From Calditrichia bacterium (GTDB taxonomy: Bacteria; Calditrichota; Calditrichia; JAJRVZ01): a stretch of 64,000 nt of DNA. The first letter of the stretch is position 1, and each line of letters begins with the position of its first letter. A program made the translations under genes and the position numbers. Of the stretch, positions 43,599 through 55,227 are shown piece after piece. The stretch is from NCBI GenBank assembly GCA_963777955.1, contig CAVZSQ010000015.1, positions 1-64,000 of the forward strand, given 5' to 3'. Under the pieces are notes generated by a model. The model saw only the letters and a list, made by a program, of their open reading frames with translations, made no database searches and was not told the origin of the DNA.

Positions 43599-44668
43599 AT
43601 GATTGATACCATTCGCAAGTATTTAGGTGACAAGGCAAAATTTTACCTTGATCATGTCAGCAAAACAGTGGATAAAGGCATGTTAAGCCTGCCAGGGCCG
43701 GATTTCGTAGACCGGGTCTGGATTAATACTGACCGGCCAGTACCCGTTTTGCGCAATCTGCAGTCATTTTTTAATCACGGCCGTTTAGCCGGAACCGGCT
43801 ATTTGTCAATCCTGCCGGTTGATCAGGGTATAGAACATTCAGCAGGTGCTTCTTTTGCACCTAATCCGATCTATTTTGATCCGCAAAATATAGTAAAGCT
43901 CAGCTGTCGAAGGCGGGTGTAACGCCTGCGCTTCAACTCTGGGTGTACTGGGAGCAGTAGCCAGAAAATATGCTCCGCAGATTCCCTTCATCGTAAAAAT
44001 TAATCATAATGAACTGCTGACGGCACCAAATAAGTTTGACCAGATAATGTTTGCTGACGTTAAACAAGCCGCCGATATGGGAGCAGACTGCCGTTGGCGC
44101 TACCATTTATTTTGGCTCGGATGAATCCAGCCGCCAGATTATCGAGGTGAGCGAAGCATTTCAGTACGCGCACGAATTGGGTCTGGTAACGGTGCTATGG
44201 TGTTACCTGCGTAATTCCTCATTTAAAATTGATGGAAAAGACTATCACGTCTCGGCCGATTTAACCGGGCAGGCCAACCATCTTGGTGTTACTATTGAAG
44301 CAGATCTGGTGAAACAGAAAATGCCGGAGAATAATGGGGGCTACAAAGCGGTAGCTGCAAAATTAGGCAGTTATGGTAAAACCTCGGAGAAAGTTTACAA
44401 AGAATTAACCAGTGATCATCCGATTGATCTGACCCGCTACCAGGTCCTCAATAGTTATATGGGCCGTATTGGTCTGATAAACTCCGGCGGTGCTTCGGGT
44501 GAAAATGACTTCGCCGAAGCGGCTATGACGGCAGTGGTGAATAAACGGGCCGGCGGAATGGGATTGATTTCCGGACGCAAGGCTTTCCAGCGACCGATGC
44601 AAGACGGCATCAAATTGCTTAATCTCATTCAGGATATCTACCTGTGTAAAGAAGTTACGGTGGCCTGA
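43599..44668 (+). CDS. fbaB: Class I fructose-bisphosphate aldolase (several indels at 43900-44090)
   Basis: [65 protein letters not shown]. Confidence 0.92.
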
Positions 44669-44686
44669 AGGCTTTGTATTGTGACT

Positions 44687-44759
44687 CATGGATCATCGCA
44701 GATCTGTACCTTTATCGATAGGTTGATTAAGAGTATAGATCTGCGCTGACCATGGATCA
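44687..44759. other. Long imperfect hairpin flanked by 9-bp direct repeats
   Basis: CGCAGATCTGTAC (44697-44709) pairs with GTATAGATCTGCG (44733-44745). CATGGATCA occurs at 44687-44695 and 44751-44759. Confidence 0.65.
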
Positions 44760-44771
44760 GGAGTGAAAACA

Positions 44772-45002
44772 GTGAAAATTACTATTGAATATTGCCTGGT
44801 TTGAAACTACCAACCCCGTGCTGCCAGTTTGGCAGCTGAGCTAAAGAAAAATTTTTCTCAAAGTACCGTTCATCTGATTAAAAGTTCCGGTGGTGCATTC
44901 GAAATCCGGCAGGACGGAAAAATGATCTTCTCGAAACTTGAGGAAGGCAGATTTCCTGATAATGATGAAATTGTAAAAAAACTTCGGGCAGTGACAGGTT
45001 AA
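44772..45002 (+). CDS. SelW/SelT/SelH (Rdx-family) selenoprotein, 76 aa, Sec encoded by TGA 44802-44804
   Basis: AGGAG RBS and GTG start. Translation MKITIEYCLVUNYQPRAASLAAELKKNFSQSTVHLIKSSGGAFEIRQDGKMIFSKLEEGRFPDNDEIVKKLRAVTG shows the CxxU, GGxFEI and SK..GRFP family motifs. Confidence 0.9.
44820..44836 (+). promoter_or_regulatory. Putative bacterial SECIS element
   Basis: GCTGCCA-GTT-TGGCAGC hairpin; the G-containing apical loop begins 22 nt after the UGA. Confidence 0.7.
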
Positions 45003-46870
45003 AACTCGGACGATCGTTTTTCCAGCTGGGCCAGCATCCGCTTGGCTTCCTGATCATTGGGATTAATCGATAGTATTTTTCTGAAGAGGTTAGCGGCTTT
45101 TCCATTGAATCCCTGAGCTGTATAAATTTTGGCCATGGTCAGACTCGCGGGAATATCATTGGGATTAGATTTCAACTTTTTATCCAGTTCGCCCATCACC
45201 AGATCAAGAATATTTATATAGTTATGAATTGGCCCCAATGTGGGATGAGCAACGAAATAGGACGGGTCGATCGAGATGACCGTCTTATACTCAGCCAGAG
45301 CATTCTCTTTATCTTTGCGATCTTCGTACAATTTAGCCAGTTTGATATGTCCCCTGACCAGGTTGGGATCTACCTGCAGAGCCTTTTTATAAAAGATCTG
45401 GGCGCTATCCAGATTGCCCATCTCGTGATAAGTAAGCGCCAGATTAAAAATCGCTTCAATAAAAGTGGGTTTATTGGTGTAAGCTTTACCGAATGAATCG
45501 ACCATCTTTTTATAAACACCGCCCCGTTCCACCTGGGTGCCCTTGGCTTTTTTATCGGCGGCTTGCTGTTTGGCATAATCGGGATCGAACATCTCCAGGA
45601 AGGCTTCGATTAATTCTTCCAGCACGGCTTGCTGATAAACAGTAATGCCCAGCATGAAGTTTGCTTCAGGATCCTTCGGATTTTTTTCCAGCACTTTTTG
45701 AAATTCAGTCAGGGCACTGTAATAGGTCTGCACCCGGTAATAACATTCGCCTAAACGCTGATGGCTATCCCGGTTTTCAGGATCGAGTTCCACTGCTTTT
45801 TTGTAGTGCGGAATACCCAAACGGAAATTTTGCTGCTGAAAATAAATGTTACCCATTTCATAATAAATATCGGCAAAATCCGGATTGATCTCGGCGGCCT
45901 TCTTCAGGTACTTATTGGCGTCATCGTACTGTTTGAGCAGAACACTGATTTTACCCAGATAGTAAAAAGCTCTGAAATCATTGGGATTAAATTCGGTGAC
46001 CTTGACAAAATCCGCTTTGGCTTTTACATAATCTTCCTTACGCCAGTAGATCATACCACGGCCATAGTAGGACTTTTCAAAACTTGGCAGTGAGGTAATG
46101 ATGACATCAAACTGTTTTAAAGCATTATCATAATCCTGGTCGTTAAAATAGGTGATCCCCAGATTATAATAAGCTTCCCAGAATTTGGCATCCTGCTGAA
46201 TGGCCCGGCGGAACAGACCGGTGATAATTTCCAGATGCCGGTTTGTTTTTTCGTTCTCAATATATCCCAGACAGAAACTTTCAAAGGCCGTGATGGAACC
46301 GGTAATCTGCCTGCTTATAATATTTTGTTCAGTTTCGGTAACCTGGATGGTTGTAACCTGGAGGAGATTCTGCGCAATATCGTCGACGATCTGAAATAGT
46401 TCATTGAAATTATTCTGATATTTCTTGGAAAAAATAGTAGCGCCGTTAAAAGCATTCAGAAAACTAAGATTGACCTCGATTGCTTTACCGTTGGTCAGGT
46501 AATTCCCGGTTATACCGAGATTGATACCGGTCGTTTTGCCCACATGATAGACCATTTCGCCGCTGATTGGTTTAGAACCATATCCGGATTCGGTCAGGGC
46601 TCTTCTGATGATGGCCTGGTCAGGTACATATAAGGCTGAGACATTGGATAACTTATTGAACAGGAGATATTCAATTCCGAATCCGATCCAGTCGTATTTT
46701 TTTTGTTTGGTTAAATTTTCAAATGGTAATATTCCGATGCTCCTTTTTTCCTGAGCAAATGAGGAAGATAACAAAATTAGCGAGCATAAAACCATTGAAA
46801 AAATTCGATAAACTGAACGCAAAACTTTTTCCTTCCTTATCTCTATAAATCTATTCAATTTAAAAACCAT
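44999..46870 (-). CDS. Secreted TPR protein with an N-terminal TolB/FlgO-like domain (start may be near 46823)
   Basis: Signal peptide, IGILPFENLT..YDWIG, then many TPRs (AYYNLG, AFYYLG, AIFNLA). Confidence 0.85.
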   Translation of the reverse strand: MVFKLNRFIEIRKEKVLRSVYRIFSMVLCSLILLSSSFAQEKRSIGILPFENLTKQKKYDWIGFGIEYLLFNKLSNVSALYVPDQAIIRRALTESGYGSKPISGEMVYHVGKTTGINLGITGNYLTNGKAIEVNLSFLNAFNGATIFSKKYQNNFNELFQIVDDIAQNLLQVTTIQVTETEQNIISRQITGSITAFESFCLGYIENEKTNRHLEIITGLFRRAIQQDAKFWEAYYNLGITYFNDQDYDNALKQFDVIITSLPSFEKSYYGRGMIYWRKEDYVKAKADFVKVTEFNPNDFRAFYYLGKISVLLKQYDDANKYLKKAAEINPDFADIYYEMGNIYFQQQNFRLGIPHYKKAVELDPENRDSHQRLGECYYRVQTYYSALTEFQKVLEKNPKDPEANFMLGITVYQQAVLEELIEAFLEMFDPDYAKQQAADKKAKGTQVERGGVYKKMVDSFGKAYTNKPTFIEAIFNLALTYHEMGNLDSAQIFYKKALQVDPNLVRGHIKLAKLYEDRKDKENALAEYKTVISIDPSYFVAHPTLGPIHNYINILDLVMGELDKKLKSNPNDIPASLTMAKIYTAQGFNGKAANLFRKILSINPNDQEAKRMLAQLEKRSSEF

Positions 46871-47202
46871 GTACTATGTATTCAAGGTTAATTTATTTCA
46901 TAGTACAAATTATAAATGTTTTCGGCAAAATAATGCAAAACTACACAGGAAACATTACTTTTTGATCAATATTTGACCTGATCATGGCCTGTTCTGATCT
47001 CAACTGGAATTATGGCCGCCGGCAAATATCTATAATATCGGAAAAAATACCCTTTAATTTATTGATATTCTTTGTATAACGATATTTTGGCGAGTGCTTA
47101 TTTCCGGCAGCAGACAGAATTCTTCATTGATTAATGAACCTTTTAGCGGGAACTTCGTTACATGCTTTAACTGTATTATTTGAGAATCGGATTAATTTAT
47201 AA

Positions 47203-47231
47203 TTGACAGTCATACCTTAATATTATAAATT
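47203..47231 (+). promoter_or_regulatory. Sigma70-type promoter upstream of porU
   Basis: TTGACA (47203-47208), 17 nt, TAAATT (47226-47231). Confidence 0.5.
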
Positions 47232-47306
47232 TTAAAAAACATCTTTGAGGGTGAGGCAGTCTGCAAAGTATTTGCTACCGCAAAATTAATAATTAAGGAG
47301 TTCCAG

Positions 47307-50300
47307 ATGCGGCTCGCTATGATCTTTGTAATTGCCTTATTTTCTTTTTCATTCATCCAGTCTTCCTCTGTTCCTGCGCCACTGCAGAAGCAATCCTCCG
47401 GTTTAAGGGTTGAATCCTATAGTGAAAATACTCTTACCCTGGAATGGGACATCCCTGCGCTGAGTTATACAACTGTTGCGGATATGGCCAAGCAGTATGT
47501 TCTGCTGGATTTTTTTGGTTGCAGTTATCCGACCCAGCCGGGGAAACCTCAGCTGCCGTATTATGAATTCGTTTTGGGTATTCCGCCGGGAGCACAAATC
47601 CGCACCTCTCTCAGTGAAACCGCTTATGAGACTGTTTCCGGTATCGTGCCGGTTCCGGTTTCGCTTCCTGGCCGGGACAGTCAGAAAATATCAGTGAATT
47701 CCAGGGAAGTCGATTCGCTTGATTATAATTTTTTGCCGGTTCAGGTTATTGATATTTCCGGACAACAGTTTTTCCGGGATCTGGCTGTCGTGCGGATTAA
47801 ATTCTATCCGCTCCGTTACGAATATGCCACAAAAACTCTGACAGTACTAAACTCCGCAAAATTAAATATCAGTTTTTCGGCGTCTGCCCAGGCGACCAGG
47901 CCAATGACAAACAGTTCAAAACTGGAAAACCTGTATAATGCATTTGTGCTTAATTATGCCCAGGCTAGAAACTGGCTGGTGGATGTGCCACGTTCCCTGG
48001 CTAAATCCGGCCAGGCCGCCGACGGACCCTGGTACCGGATAGAGGCCGGCCAGGAGGGGCTTTATAAAATTAATCGACAAATCCTGTCGTCTGCTGGTAT
48101 CGATGTCGCAGCAATTGATCCCCGTACGATAAAAATTTTCAATCACGGAGGAATGCCCCTTGAGTTGAAAACCGGAGGTACTGCTGCAAGTTCGCTGGGA
48201 CCGGTGGAGAATGCGATCCTGGTTACAGGAGAGGGTGATGGTAGTTTCGATACGGATGATTACATACTGTTTTATGGTAAACCGCTGGGCGGATGGGCTT
48301 ATTCAGCCACAGCGAATGATTTCACCTATCAGCAGCACCCCTATGATACAAAAAACTATTACCTGCTCTCCTATGGCGGCTCAAATGGTAAACGCATGTC
48401 CGTTATTTCACCGCCCCTTGCCCAGCCTGCTGTTACGGATACCTATTTTATGCAACGTGCACATTTTGAGGAGGATAAATACAACCTGCTGTCTTCAGGA
48501 TGCGACTGGTATGGGCAGCGCTTCTACGGATTGACTGGCAATGCTTCTTTCACTTATTCGCTGGATTATCCGCAAACCATGACACAAACAGCAAGAATGC
48601 GTATTAAATTTAAGAGCGGTAATGGTATTAAATATCAGTCCCCGTCTGGTAACTATTACTGGTTTAGCGGATTTTTAAATTCAGGCACCAATCCAACCCC
48701 CTTATTTATAAGCAGCCAGCTGGGCAGCAAGCATAGTATTGAATTATCCCGGACTTTCAATTCGGCGGATTACTTACTGAACGGGAATAATACTCTGACA
48801 GTAGAATACCGGGGTAATCTGAGCGATTGTAATGCTTATCTGGACTGGGTTGAATTTTATTATCCGCATCCACTGCAGGTTAGCAATAATGCCTTAAATT
48901 TTTATACCAATTCCACCGGTCAGTTAGTCGGCTATGAGATTACCGGCTTCACATCGGGTGAAGCGAGTTTGTATGATATCACAGATCCGGTCGATGTTAA
49001 GCTTATGGATAACACTCTCGGTGTGCAAAACGGCAAATTCAGCATTACTCTGGATTTAAGCGAAAATCAACCCAGACATTTTCTTATATCTTCGGCTAAT
49101 TCGACGACGATAAAATCGGTTTCCACTATCACTCCTTTTGAACCAAAACTGAATCTTCTGGATCCGGCTCTGGGCGCTGATTTGATCATTATCACTCATC
49201 CCAGTTTCCAGGCGTATGCTGCGGAAGTTGCCGCTCTGCGCAGTTCAGGGGCGGATCCTTTGCGTTGTGTGGTGGTCGATGTCAATGACATTTATTTTTA
49301 TTTCAGCAGTGGGGTCAAAGATGTTTTGGCAATCCGGAATTTCGTCCGCTATGCGTATTATAACTGGTCTAAACCGGGCCCTCTGTATGTCCTGCTTTAC
49401 GGCGATGGGCACTATGATTATCGCAATATTGCACTGGCTGATACCAATCGCATTCCCCCTTTCGAGATAAGCGATGATTTCGAACTGGAAAGCCGTCCTA
49501 CCGATCAGTTTTATGTGGATGTCAATTACAACGGTAATGATTTCAGTTCGATTGTCCCGGATCTGGCGATCGGACGCTTGCCGGCCGAAAGTACTTTCGA
49601 TGCAAAGCGAATATTAGAAAAAATTCAGGCATATGAAAATTCCAAAGAACGGGACGGCTGGCAAACCGTTTTAACCTTTGTGGCTGATGATGAAGTTTCT
49701 GGTTCCGGATCTTCTACTGAATGGGAACATCAGAAAAATACCGAGTCGTTAGCCTCGCTCAGCAATCTGAATAAATTCATAAAGCAGAAAATCTATCTGT
49801 CCGCTTATCCGTCGGTACCGGGAGGATTCGGACGCGTTAAACCGGCAGCCAATCAGGCGATAATCGACCAGTTGAATGAGGGAACATTATTGATTAATTA
49901 CGTGGGTCACGGTAATCCGGAGACCTGGGCTCACGAGTATGTTTTGTTAATGTCCAGGGACTTATCGCGTATTCAGAATGAGGGACGGTTACCCTTCTGG
50001 ATTGCGGCCACCTGTGATTTCGGTAAGTACGATGATCCCGCAGAACCCAGTTTTTCCGAGGCTCTGGTGTGGGAACAGAACAGGGGGGCGATCGCTGTTT
50101 TATCTTCAGCGCGCCTGGTGTTCTCGGGGGATAATTATGCTTATAACCGCAGGTTCTTAATTAATTTATTTCCGACTGGACAACCAAGCGCACGGTTAGG
50201 GGATGCATTATTGTTATCTACCGGAGGAAGCAGCAACGATCAGAAGTATCATCTGTTCGGTGATCCCTCTATGCACCTGGCCGATCCACGAAACCTGGCC

Positions 50301-51333
50301 CGAATAGATTCGGTCACTCCTGATACCTTAAAAGCACTGAGTAAAGTCAGGGTTGATGGTTCGATTACCAGTTCGGGTGCCCTGCCCTTGACCGATTTCA
50401 ATGGGGGCGCTTATCTGGTGGTCAATGATGCCCGCTTCGACTCGGTCACTACCGGAGGGAATCATTATTATACCCTGATAGGCCCGCGTATATTCAAAGG
50501 GGAGATTAGTGTCACTAATGGTTTATTCAGGGGCGAATTTATTGTCCCAAAATCAATCCGTTACAAAAATCGACCTACGGGCAGAATTACACTCTATGCC
50601 TGGAGCGAGGACGATAATATCAATGAAGCGATCGGTTATACCGATAATTTGTTATTTAATGGAACGGTACAGAATCTGAGTGATAATAAGGGTCCGGAGA
50701 TTACCTTGTACTTTAAGAGACCAGGAAAATTTTAACAGTGGGGATCTGGTCTCAAAAAATCCGGTGCTTATGGCTGAACTGGATGACGAGAGTGGAATCA
50801 ACCTGACCCGGGAGGTAGGGCATACCATTGAAATCAAGATTGATGATAATCCATTCAAGGATATAACTTCTTTCTTCGCCTACCAGAGAGATAGTTATTC
50901 ACGGGGCCATCTTAACTATCATATGGAGAACTTGGAGAGCGGCGAGCATCAACTGCTTTTACAGGTCTGGGACAATATTAACAATCCGTCTACTGCGGAA
51001 ATCGCCTTTAAAGTTGCCGCCTCAGGCGACGTGGTTCTGACCGATGTCTACAATTATCCAAATCCATTTCAAACAGAGACCAATTTTACTTTCCAGGCTC
51101 AGGGACTTGCTCCCGATGCCGAAATTCAGATTCGGGTCTATACTATCAGCGGCCGTTTGATCAAAAAAATCGATAATCTGCCCAGACCCCAGCCCGGATT
51201 CAATTATTATCCCTGGGATGGACGCGATGAAGACGGTGACCGTCTGGCCAATGGCGTATATCTCTATAAAATTATCATGAAAAACGCCGGGAAACAGAAA
51301 GAGATCATCGAAAAATTGATGATCCTGCGCTAG
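47307..51333 (+). CDS. porU: Type IX secretion sortase PorU (C25 peptidase) with a C-terminal CTD; indel near 50715
   Basis: C25 propeptide, GLYKI, DYILFYG, LLYGDGHYDYRN, AIGRLP, catalytic YVGHG and ATCDFG, LFGDP. Continues in ORF 50680 to YNYPNPF...WDGRDEDGDRLANGVYLYK. Confidence 0.88.
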
Positions 51334-51395
51334 CCATGCCCGGAAAATAGACTTGATTTTGGTTTGATAGAATTATAAATTTCTATGCTTTGTCT

Positions 51396-51466
51396 TGCGG
51401 GATGGTCTAGTGGCAAGACGCCTGGTTCTGGCCCAGGTAACCGGGGTTCGAATCCCTGTCCCGCAG
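51396..51466 (+). tRNA. tRNA-Gln(CTG)
   Basis: Acceptor TGCGGGA/TCCCGCA, anticodon arm CCTGG-TTCTGGC-CCAGG, T loop GTTCGAATC. Confidence 0.93.
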
Positions 51467-51475
51467 CATAAAAAT

Positions 51476-51552
51476 GCGCCCGTAGCTCAACTGGATAGAG
51501 CGTTTGGCTACGGACCAAAAGGTTGGGGGTTCGACTCCTCCCGGGCGTACCA
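51476..51552 (+). tRNA. tRNA-Arg(ACG)
   Basis: GCGCCCG/CGGGCGT acceptor, TTTGG-CTACGGA-CCAAA anticodon arm, encoded CCA. Confidence 0.95.
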
Positions 51553-51557
51553 CCGAG

Positions 51558-51643
51558 AAAGATTGAAGATTAAAGATCAAAGATTAAAGAATATTAATTT
51601 ACACGCCTTTATATGCGACTTATTTCTTTAATCTTTAATCTTT
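51558..51643. repeat. Heptamer tandem repeats forming an inverted-repeat stem between tRNAs
   Basis: Five (A/G)AAGATT-like units at 51558-51592 and complementary AATCTTT units at 51623-51643. Confidence 0.7.
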
Positions 51644-51654
51644 TTTTTAATTTT

Positions 51655-51727
51655 GGCGCGTTCGTCTAGGGGTTTAGGACGCTGGCCTCTCACGTCGGCA
51701 ACACGGGTTCGAATCCCGTACGCGCTA
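51655..51727 (+). tRNA. tRNA-Glu(CTC)
   Basis: GGCGCGT/ACGCGCT acceptor, CTGGC-CTCTCAC-GTCGG anticodon arm, GGTTCGAATCC. Confidence 0.93.
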
Positions 51728-51914
51728 CTCAAAGGCATGTTAACTCCTGCAAAAATTCACCAGAACAATCTCCATTTATAAATTCCATTCATCAGGATTT
51801 TCCATCGGTTTCCGGAAAAATTTTCTACAGAACAGTAAGTAAAATGCCGAGAATATGATATAATTATATAATAACTAAACAAAGAAAAAATAACCACTTT
51901 CGGAACGTGCAAAT

Positions 51915-54900
51915 TTGAACTACTGCTACCTGGCGCCCGGCCGTTTTATTTGGTTCGGGTGTATTTTCCTGAGCTTGAATTTCTTTATTCCAGGCCATAG
52001 TCAGGCCCAACCGGAAACTATTCGCTTCCAGCACCTTAGCCGCGCCAATGGATTGTCCCAAAATTCTGTGAATTGTATTTTTCAGGATCATCGGGGATTC
52101 ATCTGGTTGGGCACTGATGAAGGTTTAAACAGATATGACGGATATAAATTTAAAATTTATAAATATCATCCTTCTGATTCTGGCAGTTTGAGCAACAACA
52201 AGATCATTAAAATCTTTGAAGATTCTCAAAAAAATTTGTGGATCGGAACAGCGGAGGGATTAAATCTTTATCAGCGTGACAAAGATTCATTCACGGTATA
52301 TAAAAAGAATACTGCAGACTCGACCAGTCTGATCAACAACAGGATCAGGGATATTTTTGAGGACAGCAATCACCGCTTATGGATCGGAACTCAGGGCGGA
52401 CTGGAATTGTTCGACCCGGATTCAGGGTCTTTCCGGCATTTCAGGCATGATCCGGCGGATCCCGGGACTATCAGTAATAATGTTATTTTTTCGATTGCCG
52501 AGGACCAGCAGAAACGGTTATGGATTGGAACACATCATGGTCTTAACCGTTTTGTGGAAACAGAAAATCGGTTTGTCCGTTATATCGCCGGCACACCTGA
52601 TGCTGGCAGTGCCTCCAACTTTAGCATCTATACCATTTATCCGGATAGGCTGGGAGTCGTCTGGCTTGGCACAGTCGGAGGTCTGTACCGCTATCGTCCG
52701 GAACAGGATGATTTAGTGCCGGTAGCGGTGGTCAGCAGCACAGGAAAAGTTTTTCCCCCAAGCACGATTATAACCATTGTTGATGACAGTAGTAATATCT
52801 GGCTGGGCACTACCAGCGGGCTGTACCGGTTCGACCGTCAAAATGAAAAGTTCGAACATTTTGTTCATCAGGTTGAAAATCCCCAGAGCCTCAGTGATAA
52901 TTATATTCTCAGCCTGTTTAAAGACCGGACCGGTCTGCTCTGGATTGGTACATCGCAGGGAATCGATAAATATGATTCACGGACAAGTTTCTTCTGCTAC
53001 TATCGTCAGGCTGGTAATCCCGGCAATAACCAAACGGGTTATCAGGTCACAGACCTGGTGCAGGATGCCGGGGGAGATATCTGGATCGGTACGGGTAATG
53101 GATTACAGCGGAAAAAAAATGATTCTGCTGATTTTGTTCTTTATAGCACCGTTAGCGCTAATAGCAGTTCATTAAGCAATAACAATATTTATACACTTTA
53201 TTGCGACAGGGAAGATAATCTGTGGATCGGCACGGCAAATGGTCTGAATAGATACCTGCGGCAAACAGATCGCTTTCAGCAGTACATTCTGGGTGCAAAT
53301 GATCCGGCCAGCCGCCGGCTCAATTTCATCTACAGCATTTTACAAAGCCGGAACGGCAAATTCTGGCTGGGTACTTTTGGCGGCTTGATAAAATTAGATC
53401 CGCAGGATAACTCTCATCAGGTTTATCAGCATAAAGATAACGATTTGACTTCGATCAGTAATAATGCCATCACTTCGGTCTGCGAAGACAACGACGGTTT
53501 GCTCTGGATTGGTACACAGGATGGCTTGAATCTTTTTGACAGTACCACCGCAGAATTCCGCACGTACCGGAATGATCCCGCCAGGGCGAATAGTATTTCA
53601 GCCAATTATATAACCGTCATCAGGGAAGATAGTACCGGGAAATTATGGATTGGTACATCCGGCGGCGGATTAAACTGCCTGGATAAAAAAGAGGGCGTAT
53701 TCACACGATACGACGAGAATTCCGGATTACCTAATAGTGTGATTTATAATATCCTGGTTGACGATAGTTCTTACTTCTGGGTTACCACGATCAGCGGTCT
53801 GGTCAGATTTAATCCGTATGAATTGAATCCGTCATTCAGAGTTTATGATGTCAGTGACGGACTACCGGCAGATGAATTTACTATCAATTCCGGTACCAGG
53901 TCTCGATCGGGTGAGTTATACCTGGGCACCCGCAAGGGATTTTTCTACTTCCTTCCTCAGAATATTATGCAGCGAAAAATCATACCACCTGTTGTTTTAA
54001 CGCAATTCAATCTTTTTAACCAGCCGGTCTGCGTTGGCGCTCTACCGGTCTGGGAATCGGAACAGATAAATTTAACATATAGGGATAATGTATTTTCTTT
54101 TGAATTTGCCGTACTGGATTATGCAGTACCGCATAAAAATATTCTGGCCTATAAAATGGAGGGATTTGACCAGAATTGGATGCATACTGAGAGGCATGTC
54201 AATTTTGCCACTTACACCAATCTGAATCCGGGAGTTTATACTTTTAAAGTCAAAGGATCCAACAGCGACGGATTCTGGAACGAGCAGGGCACGGCTATAA
54301 AAGTAATCATCACTCCGCCTTTCTGGTCAAGCTGGTGGTTCAGGATTATCATAGCATCATTCCTGGCCGCTGTTATTTTATTGGTGTTTAAACTTCGCAC
54401 TCATTCCATCCGCCGGCATAATAAAGAACTGCAGCAAATCAACTCCCGCTTAAACAGCGAAATAAAAGAAAGACAGCAGGCGGAAGCAGAGATTCAACAA
54501 CTGAACCAGGAATTGGAACAACGGGTACTGGATCGTACTCAGCGTTTGCAAGAGATCAACAAGGAATTGGAGACCTTCACCATCTCGGTATCACATGATC
54601 TGCGGGCCCCCCTGCGCAGTATCGAGAGTTTCTCGCAAATATTACAGGAAGATTATATTAATCAGCTGGATGATAACGGCAAGGATTATCTTTCGCGCAT
54701 ACGCAGCAGTGCCGTACGCCTGTCCGGTCTGATCAATGACCTGTTGAAATTGTCCCGGATAGCGCGCAATGAGATTCGTAAAGAGGATGTGAATCTCTCG
54801 CATATTGCCTATTCGATCTTTAATGATTATCAAACAACCTATCCTGACCGGCAGGTGGAGATCAGGATAGAGCAGGATCTGATTGCCTATTGTGATCCGC

Positions 54901-55227
54901 AAATGATCCGAGTTGTATTGCAGAATTTAATCGATAATGCCTGGAAATTTACCAGAACGAGGCAGCAGGCCTATGTCGAATTCGGCCGTATGCCGGCAGA
55001 TACCGATCATGGACATATATATTTTGTACGTGATAACGGCGTGGGTTTTGATATGAAATATTATGAAAAATTGTTTTCACCTTTCCAGCGACTGCATAAG
55101 GTCAGTGAGTATGCTGGTGCGGGTATCGGTCTGACCATTGTAAAACGGATCATCAGCCGGCATGATGGTCAAAGTATGGGGCGAAAGCCATTTAGACCGG
55201 GGCTCAACGTTTTATTTTCAGATTTAA
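51915..55227 (+). CDS. Periplasmic beta-propeller (Reg_prop/Y_Y_Y) sensor histidine kinase (indel near 55170)
   Basis: Repeated LWIGT..GL, YTNLNPGVYTFKVKGSNSDG, TM, SVSHDLRAPLR, NLIDNAWKFT, GAGIGL. The shifted frame ends VWGESHLDRGSTFYFQI. Confidence 0.9.

Noticed and set aside
1..45002. Functional selenium link between the xanthine dehydrogenase-like genes and the selenoprotein
   Set aside because: They are over 40 kb apart and on opposite sides of a probable chimeric junction.
44878..45105. Minus-strand 75-aa ORF
   Set aside because: Shadow of the selenoprotein and TPR genes, with no motif.
46910..47300. c-di-GMP or other riboswitch upstream of porU
   Set aside because: GCAAA words are present, but I could not build the required paired stems and tetraloop/receptor.
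51330..51631. ORFs 51330-51518 and 51395-51631
   Set aside because: They overlap tRNA genes and are spurious.
51396..51900. tRNA-anchored genomic island
   Set aside because: I saw no integrase and no duplicated tRNA 3' end in the window.
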